42,765 bases of DNA from Escherichia phage K1ind2, in sequence record NC_041898.1; one strand, written 5' to 3'. Below, one piece after another: positions 36,348 through 42,765 of this stretch. Made by a program: the position numbers and the translations under genes. The notes beneath the pieces were generated by a model that was not told the DNA's origin, did not search any database, and worked only from the letters and a program-made list of their open reading frames with translations. How positions within the stretch are numbered: position 1 is the first letter of the stretch; each line of letters begins with the position of its first letter.

Positions 36348-36547
36348 TGGAAGAATTATTTGAAGAACTGAAACATCATGATTTCGAGGAAATATATTTC
36401 GTAGCTGAACGCTACGAGGTGCATCTGGCGGACGGTATAACGGTTATTACATCTACCAGCGAGCGAATGTTAAATAGCTTACGAGCAATACGAACGGCAT
36501 CGAATCATGATGCTTGTGCCGACGACGCTGAGGGAGGTTGCCGTTAA
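36344..36547 (+). CDS. Hypothetical early protein
   Basis: 67 aa; ATGA overlap with upstream gene; acidic. Confidence 0.45.
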   Translation: MMEELFEELKHHDFEEIYFVAERYEVHLADGITVITSTSERMLNSLRAIRTASNHDACADDAEGGCR

Positions 36548-36726
36548 TGCGAATCCGTATAACTGACCGCAGGCTTGTCCGTATAACTGACCGCAGGCTT
36601 ATAGATTTCGGTATCTCGGTAGGTGATGTTTTTCCGGCGTTCAGCATCAACCATTATGGTTTTATGATTGAGTACAAAGGGTCGTTATTGTTCGTGTATC
36701 GGGATGAATGTGAGGTTCTGGTATGA
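36547..36726 (+). CDS. Hypothetical early protein containing an in-frame 8-codon tandem duplication
   Basis: ORF track 36538-36726 (TTG); ATG 36547 with GAGGGAGG SD preferred (59 aa); encodes RITDRRLVRITDRRLI from the 24-bp DNA tandem repeat. Confidence 0.4.
   Translation: MRIRITDRRLVRITDRRLIDFGISVGDVFPAFSINHYGFMIEYKGSLLFVYRDECEVLV
36554..36601. repeat. 24-bp tandem direct repeat, 2 copies
   Basis: tccgtataactgaccgcaggcttg followed by tccgtataactgaccgcaggctta (47 of 48 positions identical). Confidence 0.9.
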
Positions 36727-36872
36727 GAGAAGCATTTGAACGGTGGGCTGTGGTCGAGGGTCTGCCGGTTAACAAGGGTTCAAAGAAAGAGTACCTGAAC
36801 GTTAAGACGCGTCTCGCGTGGCGGGCGTGGAAAGCTGGTGTGCAATCCTTGATTGAAAGAGGTGTGAGGTAT
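36723..36872 (+). CDS. Small hypothetical protein (49 aa)
   Basis: Hand-found; start overlaps upstream stop, stop overlaps downstream ATG; W/R-rich basic protein. Confidence 0.35.
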
Positions 36873-37071
36873 GGGTGAGTGGATTAAGTGTAGTGAGATG
36901 CTGCCAGGTAATGGGTATACGGATAAAGAGTTCCTGGTGTATGAAACGTTAAATAACGCAGTTCAGCACGATTATTACATAGTTCCTGATGACGGGAGAA
37001 AGCCTTTCTGGAATCACTACGATAAGTACGTGACGCACTGGATGCCGTTACCCGAGCCGCCAGAAGTGTGA
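36871..37071 (+). CDS. DUF551-like protein
   Basis: 66 aa; WIKCSEMLP...VTHWMPLPEPPE matches the conserved pattern of phage DUF551 proteins as I recall it. Confidence 0.55.
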   Translation: MGEWIKCSEMLPGNGYTDKEFLVYETLNNAVQHDYYIVPDDGRKPFWNHYDKYVTHWMPLPEPPEV

Positions 37072-37205
37072 TGTTCAATAGTTTGGGATTTTACTGAGTG
37101 ACTTACGCTGCTACACCGCAGCGTACAACTTTAACTTAGTGTCGTCAAAAGGCGACACTTTCATCAAACGCAACAATCGAAGCGACTATTGCAGGAGATG
37201 CAACA

Positions 37206-37379
37206 ATGATTACTAAAGAACAGGCTGAACGACTAATAACGTTAATCGACACGATGATTGACGTAAAAACCGATTTAGCAACGGCAACAGAGGAATCCGC
37301 TACCTGGTCGCTTGAAGAAAGAGAAGCAGAAGCGGAAAGGGAGTTACTGGCATTCATCGACTCCATAACACACCAATAA
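37206..37379 (+). CDS. Small hypothetical acidic protein (57 aa)
   Basis: Hand-found; AGGAG SD 9 nt before ATG; preceded by two stem-loops (37110-37170). Confidence 0.35.
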   Translation: MITKEQAERLITLIDTMIDVKTDLATATEESATWSLEEREAEAERELLAFIDSITHQ

Positions 37380-37386
37380 AATTTAC

Positions 37387-37415
37387 TTGCACACTAAGAT
37401 AGAATAGGCTACTAT
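37387..37415 (+). promoter_or_regulatory. Sigma70-type early promoter (TTGCAC-N17-TACTAT)
   Basis: -35 TTGCAC 37387-37392, 17-nt spacer, -10 TACTAT 37410-37415; same family as 36087-36115. Confidence 0.6.
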
Positions 37416-37445
37416 TCATTTACACAAGCGAGAGGAGAGACAGAG

Positions 37446-37580
37446 ATGGGCTGGTACGGTAGCTGGACTTTAGGCGAACTGGTAGACGCTTACGAAATAA
37501 TTAGTAGCACTTCGGTGTGTGACGGCGACACTAAATCGCTGCTAGTCGTGGTGGATGCGAAAAGGGGTGAAGCTGATGAG
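37446..37580 (+). CDS. Small hypothetical protein (44 aa)
   Basis: Hand-found; AGGAGAGA SD upstream; first ORF after promoter; overlaps next gene start. Confidence 0.3.
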
Positions 37581-38121
37581 TAACAAAAACGAAATATTCG
37601 AGTACCTGATCGACCAGCTACGGCAGCAGGTAAATAACAGCCGGAGCGAAGACCTGGCGCATGAGGTGCAGTCACTTAAGAATCAGTTACGTGATGCGTC
37701 GGCGCAGATTAAGGAGTTGCGGGAAGACAACATTAAGAAATCTGAGCACATATCGCACCTGACAGGGCAAGTTAAGGAGTTGCGTCTGGCATTGGCCGAG
37801 GCTACTGGTGACGTGGAGGCATACAAACTTATCCGCAAAGGTGCGTACGGTTCGGAGCAATCTGGTTGCCGAAAAGAAGATACGCAGGAATGTGACCACA
37901 ATTGGATTATCGCTCCAGGATTGTTTATTGCCGAAGGCCACAAGGACAACGTGCCCGGTAGCCTGTTTTGCTGCGAATGCGGCAAGCGTGAGTGGGACGG
38001 ACTTGAGTATGGGGCGACAGCCTGTACACAGGAGTGCAAACACAGTTTCTATTATGTAATAACAGATGGCTCCGCGCCGTTCGGTACGAAAGTATGTAAA
38101 ACGTGTGGGGAATACTTCTGA
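37576..38121 (+). CDS. Hypothetical protein with N-terminal coiled coil and C-terminal Cys-rich (zinc-binding-like) region
   Basis: ORF track 37555-38121; ATG 37576 with AAAAGGGG SD preferred. Heptad-rich N-terminus; C-terminus has multiple CxxC pairs (CCECGK, CKTCGEYF). Confidence 0.5.
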   Translation: MSNKNEIFEYLIDQLRQQVNNSRSEDLAHEVQSLKNQLRDASAQIKELREDNIKKSEHISHLTGQVKELRLALAEATGDVEAYKLIRKGAYGSEQSGCRKEDTQECDHNWIIAPGLFIAEGHKDNVPGSLFCCECGKREWDGLEYGATACTQECKHSFYYVITDGSAPFGTKVCKTCGEYF

Positions 38122-38324
38122 TGACCAGCATCTTATTTATCTGGGTACTGTCGGCGGGCCAGATGCAACTAGCGGCATCGGAAACGTTTTATTCGATGGA
38201 GGCGTGCCAGTCAGCGGCACGCGCCGCAGAGAACGCGCACTTTCTGTTTCAGGGTGACAAGCCCAACGATTCAGAGGTACGCGCTATCTGCTCACCTAAG
38301 CGACTTGGTAAACAGGAGAAATAA
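38121..38324 (+). CDS. Small secreted/membrane protein (putative)
   Basis: ORF track 38103-38324; ATG 38121 overlapping upstream stop preferred (67 aa). N-terminal hydrophobic signal-like segment MTSILFIWVLSAG. Confidence 0.4.
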   Translation: MTSILFIWVLSAGQMQLAASETFYSMEACQSAARAAENAHFLFQGDKPNDSEVRAICSPKRLGKQEK

Positions 38325-38617
38325 TGTCGTTAGCAACTGACATCCTGAAACGAAGCGGCCTTGCGCCGCTGTCGCCGAGAGCGAATACGCGTATACACAA
38401 GCGCCGCCGTAATGCACTGTACCCCGAGATTCAGGCCAGACGCAAAGCGGTCCGCGCCTGTGGATTCCAGAACGGGAAGGCTGTGAATCTCGGTGAGTTT
38501 AAAACACAGGAACGCGCAGCAATCGCTAATCGGCTATTTAATTACTGGAAATCGTTGGGATACGATGATATTCCGACGAAACCGCAGAGACGCCAATACA
38601 TCTGGAGACATAAATAA
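38324..38617 (+). CDS. Hypothetical basic protein
   Basis: 97 aa; R/K-rich; overlaps upstream stop. Confidence 0.45.
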   Translation: MSLATDILKRSGLAPLSPRANTRIHKRRRNALYPEIQARRKAVRACGFQNGKAVNLGEFKTQERAAIANRLFNYWKSLGYDDIPTKPQRRQYIWRHK

Positions 38618-38692
38618 ACAACTATTAGGATAATTCCTACCCGTGGTATCCTCCAGTTACTGCATACTTAATACGCACCTGGAGGATTCATC

Positions 38693-39001
38693 TTGGATAA
38701 ATTTACTGAAACAGTGACGGGGTGGCTTCTCGCTGCCGCACTGGTCGGTGGATTGGTCGGGCTAAGACAACATAAAAAGTCTATATCCGGGCCGATTGAC
38801 GGACTGGTATTTCTTCTCACCGGCTTCGCGTGTGCTATTTTCGGTGCACCTCTTGCCGCTCAATGGTTCGGTATTACCGGTGAGCGCGAGATAGCTGGCC
38901 TCGGATTCATCATTGCCATTCTCTGGATGCCTATCTATTCCCGCCTTTCTGGCATCGTATCGGGCAGCGATATTGCCCGCCCAGGAGGACCGCATGACTG
39001 A
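38693..39001 (+). CDS. Holin (putative, three transmembrane segments)
   Basis: 102 aa; TTG start 6 nt after a GGAGGA SD; three hydrophobic segments and charged C-terminus; located two genes upstream of the endolysin. Confidence 0.5.
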   Translation: MDKFTETVTGWLLAAALVGGLVGLRQHKKSISGPIDGLVFLLTGFACAIFGAPLAAQWFGITGEREIAGLGFIIAILWMPIYSRLSGIVSGSDIARPGGPHD

Positions 39002-39266
39002 GCTATTCTGGTTTGTCGTAATGCTGGCAATGGGCGCTTCGTCCCTGTTCAACGTGTATAATGAACGCGTGGACGACGGGCTGTTCGGGCGTGTTCTCTA
39101 TATCCTGACTGCTATCGTCTGTGCCGCCGGATGTATTCACCTGTTACAGGGCAGCATGTCGCCTACGCTGCCTGAGACATTAATCACATTAGTCGCGCTG
39201 CGCCAGATTCGCCAGGCGTGGCTGTCATACGGAGGGCATAAGCGTGTCTCGAAATATTTCAGATAA
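38994..39266 (+). CDS. Second small membrane protein of lysis cassette (holin/antiholin-like)
   Basis: ORF track 38913-39266; ATG 38994 with AGGAGG SD preferred (90 aa); two hydrophobic segments; overlaps endolysin start. Confidence 0.45.
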   Translation: MTELFWFVVMLAMGASSLFNVYNERVDDGLFGRVLYILTAIVCAAGCIHLLQGSMSPTLPETLITLVALRQIRQAWLSYGGHKRVSKYFR

Positions 39267-39729
39267 TGGATTGCATTTCTGTGCCGCGTTCGAGGGATTC
39301 CGCGGAACTGCGTATCGCGCTACGCCGAACGAGAAGTACCTGACTATTGGTTATGGTCACTACGGGCCAGACGTAACACCAGGTAAGACCATCACGCCAG
39401 GGCAAGGCCTCCTGTTACTGAATCGTGATATGGCTAAGGCTGTAGCTGCGGTTGACGCAGCAGCACACCACTCCCTGACACAGGCGCAGTTTGATGCAGT
39501 GTGCGACCTGGTCTATAACGCAGGTGCTGGCGTGATTGCGTCTACTACGGGCACAGGCAAGGCACTGCGTTCTGGTGATACTGCAACACTGCGGGCTAAG
39601 CTGGCGCTGTTCATCAACCAGAACGGCAAACCACTACTTGGCCTGCGTCGCCGTACAGCCGGGCGTCTGGCGCTGTTCGACGGTAAACCGTGGCAAGAGG
39701 CTGAGGCTATTGGGAGGGCTGTTAAATGA
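39244..39729 (+). CDS. Endolysin, lysozyme-like (glycoside hydrolase family 24-type)
   Basis: 161 aa; N-terminal FEGFRGTAY...TIGYGH resembles the catalytic Glu/Asp/Thr region of T4 E / lambda R-type lysozymes. Confidence 0.75.
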   Translation: MSRNISDNGLHFCAAFEGFRGTAYRATPNEKYLTIGYGHYGPDVTPGKTITPGQGLLLLNRDMAKAVAAVDAAAHHSLTQAQFDAVCDLVYNAGAGVIASTTGTGKALRSGDTATLRAKLALFINQNGKPLLGLRRRTAGRLALFDGKPWQEAEAIGRAVK

Positions 39730-39856
39730 TGGACGAATACGAAGGCGTTTAGTAAACTTATCCATACGCTGCTTGTGCTTGCATACTAAGCCCCGGTAAA
39801 CCCGAAGCAGCAGCCCAAGCGGTGGAGACTGCGTAGGGTTCAGGGGCTTATGACCG

Positions 39857-39888
39857 AAACCCGGACCGCGAATCCGGGTTTTATTTTA
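39857..39888 (+). terminator. Rho-independent terminator
   Basis: aaacccgg-accgcgaat-ccgggttt hairpin followed by TATTTT. Confidence 0.65.
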
Positions 39889-39962
39889 CCAATTGACACC
39901 TGAGACTAATCCGACGATACTTAAATCACCTCCTGTTCCATCCCTCTGCTCTCCAGTTTTAT

Positions 39963-39994
39963 CCCGGCCCTGACCCAGCCGGGATTTTTTTTAT
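39963..39994 (+). terminator. Rho-independent terminator
   Basis: cccggc-cctgaccca-gccggg hairpin followed by a run of 8 T. Confidence 0.7.
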
Positions 39995-40014
39995 CTGTTT
40001 TCTGTAATGACTAG

Positions 40015-40043
40015 TTGACTATTACCTTAGACCCTATTATATT
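40015..40043 (+). promoter_or_regulatory. Candidate sigma70 promoter (TTGACT-N17-TATATT)
   Basis: TTGACT 40015-40020, 17-nt spacer, TATATT 40038-40043; about 35 nt upstream of ATG 40077. Confidence 0.5.
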
Positions 40044-40076
40044 TACTCCATCGACAACGAGAACGGAGTAGAGAAG

Positions 40077-40154
40077 ATGAGTAACTTTCATAATGAGCAT
40101 GTGATGCAGTTCTACCGCAATAATCTGAAAGCTAAAGGGGTGTTTGGAAAATGA
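40077..40154 (+). CDS. Small hypothetical protein (25 aa)
   Basis: Hand-found; GGAG SD; stop overlaps next ATG (ATGA). Very short. Confidence 0.25.
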   Translation: MSNFHNEHVMQFYRNNLKAKGVFGK

Positions 40155-40300
40155 AAATCACAGACATCGAAGCATTCAAAGACGCACAACTGATGGCACG
40201 CATCGCCGTTAGTAACCTGAGCAACAGCATTCCAGCGGACGCGTTCTGGTTCGCTGCGATGCAGACACTTAAAGCAGCTTACGCAGGAGAGAAGAAATGA
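40151..40300 (+). CDS. Small hypothetical protein (49 aa)
   Basis: Hand-found; ATGA overlaps at both ends. Confidence 0.35.
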   Translation: MKITDIEAFKDAQLMARIAVSNLSNSIPADAFWFAAMQTLKAAYAGEKK

Positions 40301-40455
40301 GCGAGTCAGAAGGAAATATCACGACACCATCCGCCGGGAAGAAAGTCAACCGCACCCCGTTCCCGACACGAGAGGAACTGATGAAACGTAACAGTTTCCC
40401 TGGGCCGGACAAGAACAAGTATCTTAATCGCATGTGGGGAGAGCGTAAAGAATGA
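40297..40455 (+). CDS. Small hypothetical protein (52 aa)
   Basis: Hand-found; AGGAGAG SD upstream; ATGA overlaps. Confidence 0.35.
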   Translation: MSESEGNITTPSAGKKVNRTPFPTREELMKRNSFPGPDKNKYLNRMWGERKE

Positions 40456-40697
40456 CTGACCGCGAATACGAAAAGATGATGGTTGAGGCCGTTAACGGCG
40501 GCGCAGACATTAGCCATGTGATGCACGTCCTGAATACTAAAATCGCTGTAGCTGAGCAAATGGTTGAGTCGCTTTATGAGACGCGCCGTGAACTGATTAA
40601 CCGCTTCAACCTGAACAAGTGCGAACATGAGTTCGACTACAATCCGAAGGATATGTGCGGGCAGTGTATTAAATGCGGGGTACAGCGTCATGCCTAA
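40452..40697 (+). CDS. Small protein with C-terminal zinc-ribbon-like motif
   Basis: 81 aa; C-terminal CEHEF...CGQCIKCG; paralogous in architecture to the next gene. Confidence 0.5.
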   Translation: MTDREYEKMMVEAVNGGADISHVMHVLNTKIAVAEQMVESLYETRRELINRFNLNKCEHEFDYNPKDMCGQCIKCGVQRHA

Positions 40698-40938
40698 AAT
40701 CACAATCGCATCGCTCGAGCGCCGTATTCTGGTGCTTGAGTCGGAGAAACAGACGCTAGGCTGGCAACTGTCGATTAACGGTGAGTACCAGTTAGCCGCA
40801 TTTAAGGTTCTTCTCATGTTGTTGAGAGGAGAAGAGGAAAAGATGAACGCCTGCGAGCATGATTACCGCCTGCATTTAGTTGATGGGGTGCATCGAGTCA
40901 CATGCTTAAAATGCGGTAAAGCGTATGGAGTCGCCTAA
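40690..40938 (+). CDS. Small protein with C-terminal zinc-ribbon-like motif (paralog of previous)
   Basis: ORF track 40627-40938; ATG 40690 overlapping upstream stop preferred (82 aa); C-terminal CEHDY...CLKCG. Confidence 0.45.
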   Translation: MPKITIASLERRILVLESEKQTLGWQLSINGEYQLAAFKVLLMLLRGEEEKMNACEHDYRLHLVDGVHRVTCLKCGKAYGVA

Positions 40939-41107
40939 ACCAGTAGTAATTGATGGTGTCCTGTGGAAACCCTACTCGGTTAACCATATCGACGCCGACG
41001 GGAAGAAGTTTAGTTTCTACATTTTTGCAATTAGCCGTGAGCACGCCGCCTGTGTGGTCGACGATATACGAGAAACGGCGTGGCTCGGTGATGAGATAGT
41101 GGGGTGA
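40925..41107 (+). CDS. Hypothetical protein
   Basis: 60 aa ORF overlapping upstream gene end. Confidence 0.4.
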   Translation: MESPKPVVIDGVLWKPYSVNHIDADGKKFSFYIFAISREHAACVVDDIRETAWLGDEIVG

Positions 41108-41111
41108 GAGT

Positions 41112-41342
41112 ATGTTTCACGAACTGAAGATATTACCTGATCATTTTGAGCCTGTTATGGCGGGAATCAAGCTGGCGGAACTTCGATTAAACGACCGCGA
41201 CTTTAAGGAATATGACACTCTGTGCCTGCGAGAATACGAAAACGGTGGGTACACAGGCCGTATCGTTTACCGCCGCATCATTCATGTTGCGGACGTAGGG
41301 GCTTACCTACCAGGGTACGTGCTATTAAGTATGGAGGGTTGA
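41112..41342 (+). CDS. ASCH/PUA-like small protein (DUF3850-like)
   Basis: 76 aa; HELKILPDHFEPVMAGIKLAELRLNDRDFKEYDTLCLREY matches the conserved N-terminal pattern of DUF3850/ASCH-like phage proteins as I recall it. Confidence 0.5.
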   Translation: MFHELKILPDHFEPVMAGIKLAELRLNDRDFKEYDTLCLREYENGGYTGRIVYRRIIHVADVGAYLPGYVLLSMEG

Positions 41343-41344
41343 GT

Positions 41345-41437
41345 ATGAGTCTTGAGGTGGTTATTGGCCTTGTCGCAGCAGGTTATTTTATCGGCGTATT
41401 GATTGGGTTTATGTGGGGTAGAGACAGTGTTCAGTGA
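41345..41437 (+). CDS. Small hydrophobic peptide (30 aa)
   Basis: Hand-found; GGAGGG SD before ATG; single hydrophobic helix (VVIGLVAAGYFIGVLIGFMW). Confidence 0.3.
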   Translation: MSLEVVIGLVAAGYFIGVLIGFMWGRDSVQ

Positions 41438-41597
41438 CATTAATGCGGCAATCGAAGAAGCAATCTGGCGTCGCTACAACGGTGAGCAACAACGGCACTT
41501 CTGCCTGGTGCAACGCGGAAACATGATTGCTGTGGTACAGGACCGTGATAATAAATATCCGAATGCGATGTGGACAACGAGGAATTTCTTAGGATGA
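41403..41597 (+). CDS. Hypothetical protein
   Basis: 64 aa by track (TTG start); true start may be the GTG at 41427. Confidence 0.35.
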   Translation: MGLCGVETVFSDINAAIEEAIWRRYNGEQQRHFCLVQRGNMIAVVQDRDNKYPNAMWTTRNFLG

Positions 41598-41830
41598 TTA
41601 CCAGCATTCCGAACCTGATTAAAGAATTTGGCACGATGGCGGAGACATGCCGACAAACCGGCATCAACGAAATGACGATTGCGAAGTACAGCAAAGACGT
41701 CGATTGTGAACGCCATGTAATTTATAACAATCGTCTGATGACGCACGTTAAGACAAGCCCGGTGTTATTCACGCGCCGGGGTATTACTAAAACAGAGCAA
41801 CGTATTGCTAAAGAGGAGAGTGGGGAATGA
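41570..41830 (+). CDS. Hypothetical protein (possible HTH)
   Basis: 86 aa (alternative ATG at 41594); basic C-terminus. Confidence 0.4.
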   Translation: MDNEEFLRMITSIPNLIKEFGTMAETCRQTGINEMTIAKYSKDVDCERHVIYNNRLMTHVKTSPVLFTRRGITKTEQRIAKEESGE

Positions 41831-41985
41831 TTAGTATTCTGGAGTTCATCGACAACCAAGTTTGGTACGAGCCAGAGTTAAATAAGTATTCAGTTAATGG
41901 GAAAATATTTCGGCGCAAAGGCCAGGCAGAGCGTTACGCAGCTAAACTATACCGCCAGCTTGTCAAGGATGGTTTCTTCAAATGA
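41827..41985 (+). CDS. Small hypothetical protein (52 aa)
   Basis: Hand-found; ATGA overlap with upstream stop. Confidence 0.35.
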   Translation: MISILEFIDNQVWYEPELNKYSVNGKIFRRKGQAERYAAKLYRQLVKDGFFK

Positions 41986-42012
41986 GACTACTAATCATCC
42001 CTAACGCCTGGG

Positions 42013-42056
42013 CCATTCCCGTAGCTAACGACCATTCCCGTAGCTAACGACCATTA
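42013..42056. repeat. 19-bp tandem direct repeat (2 full copies plus partial third)
   Basis: ccattcccgtagctaacga at 42013-42031 and 42032-42050, then ccattacgg. Confidence 0.9.
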
Positions 42057-42105
42057 CGGCGGCGACGGTAAAATAGCACCACGCCACGGCCTATACAACT
42101 GATAC

Positions 42106-42129
42106 AAGCCCTCTACCGAGGGCTTTTCT
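42106..42129 (+). terminator. Rho-independent terminator
   Basis: gccctc-tacc-gagggc hairpin followed by TTTTCT. Confidence 0.65.
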
Positions 42130-42223
42130 GTACATCCCGCCCAATCCCCTTATATAATCCCTTTAGACGCGTAGGGCGCGTCTGATGCGCTCTGATGGTC
42201 AGACGCATATGCAAGGGGATTCT

Positions 42224-42765
42224 ATGAAGCTGAAACTCAAGCAGCCATCGCCAGAGGTGGTGCAAGCTGCACATGAAGAAGCTGTTAGCGCAAACCGCCG
42301 CCGTAAACGACCGCGCGGTAAACAGAGCCTTTATCAATCGTCCCGTAATTCCGCAGCGTTGTGGGACCCGGACTATTGCGACGCGTTAATCGAGTTCTTC
42401 GACCGCACGTCATGGGAACTGGTGCCTACATCTAAGGGTGACGAACGCCCGCTGATTCAGGATAAACCGCCGTCACTGGCCCGCTTTGCCTTACACATCG
42501 GCGTCACTATCCCTATTATTAAGCTATGGCTGCGTGAGATTCCAGCATTCGCAGAAGCCTGGGAGACCGCACAGGCACTGGAAGAGGCATACTTCACTGA
42601 GACGGGGGCCGCGGGCATCTCGGCTACATTTGCTGCCGCTAAGCTGGGCCTCGGCAAAGAGAAACCAGTTGAATCTACTGAAGAGACAGCACCAACTGAG
42701 ATTGTATTCACCGTAGCGGAGCCAGTAGGTAAAATCGTTACCACGAACATGGGTGAGGTAGAGGA
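42224..42765 (+). CDS. Terminase small subunit (putative; 3' end truncated by window)
   Basis: Hand-found ORF open from ATG 42224 (GGGGA SD) to the window end (180 codons, no stop); basic N-terminus then LARFALHIGVTIPIIKLWL; sits where a small subunit gene is expected if the genome is circularly permuted. Confidence 0.55.
   Translation, partial: MKLKLKQPSPEVVQAAHEEAVSANRRRKRPRGKQSLYQSSRNSAALWDPDYCDALIEFFDRTSWELVPTSKGDERPLIQDKPPSLARFALHIGVTIPIIKLWLREIPAFAEAWETAQALEEAYFTETGAAGISATFAAAKLGLGKEKPVESTEETAPTEIVFTVAEPVGKIVTTNMGEVE

Noticed and set aside
36554-36601. Tandem repeats at 36554-36601 and 42013-42056 considered as CRISPR arrays
   Set aside because: Only 2-2.5 copies, directly adjacent without spacers, and no cas genes; these are simple tandem duplications.
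39750-39890. Structured region after the endolysin gene considered as a tRNA or ncRNA
   Set aside because: The features are better explained as terminator hairpins (the downstream one has a T-run); no cloverleaf could be assembled.

Overview
The window reads as a near-complete genome (about 42.8 kb) of a tailed dsDNA phage of a Gram-negative (enterobacterial-type) host; no tools were run, so all calls come from reading the ORF translations and the DNA by eye. It starts at the terminase large subunit and ends inside a probable terminase small subunit. Layout: plus-strand head genes (terminase, portal, head morphogenesis, scaffold, major capsid, connectors) and tail genes (major tail, chaperone pair with probable -1 frameshift, tape measure, minor tail proteins, J-like tip protein, beta-helix tailspike), then a minus-strand replication module (SNF2 helicase, C5-methyltransferase-like, VRR-NUC, family A DNA polymerase, SSB-like, Cas4-like nuclease, primase-helicase), then plus-strand small early genes and a holin/endolysin cassette. 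No integrase, tRNA, CRISPR array or reverse transcriptase was seen. The gene content resembles Jersey/K1G-like siphophages, but that is from memory and unverified. The best candidate for an undescribed system is a four-gene minus-strand island (11.36-13.85 kb) inserted between the major tail gene and the tail chaperones: an Imm-like membrane protein, an HTH-fused SbcD/Mre11-like metallophosphoesterase, a PNK-type HAD phosphatase and a P-loop kinase, driven by a near-exact copy of an early promoter and closed by a bidirectional terminator. Other points worth a second look are two conserved promoter families, a methyltransferase gene whose motifs appear split between two reading frames, spanin genes placed in the head module, a chain of tiny overlapping ORFs after the polymerase, and tandem repeats upstream of the terminase small subunit. 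Product names are motif-based inferences, and most start codons are uncertain by one or two candidate ATGs.
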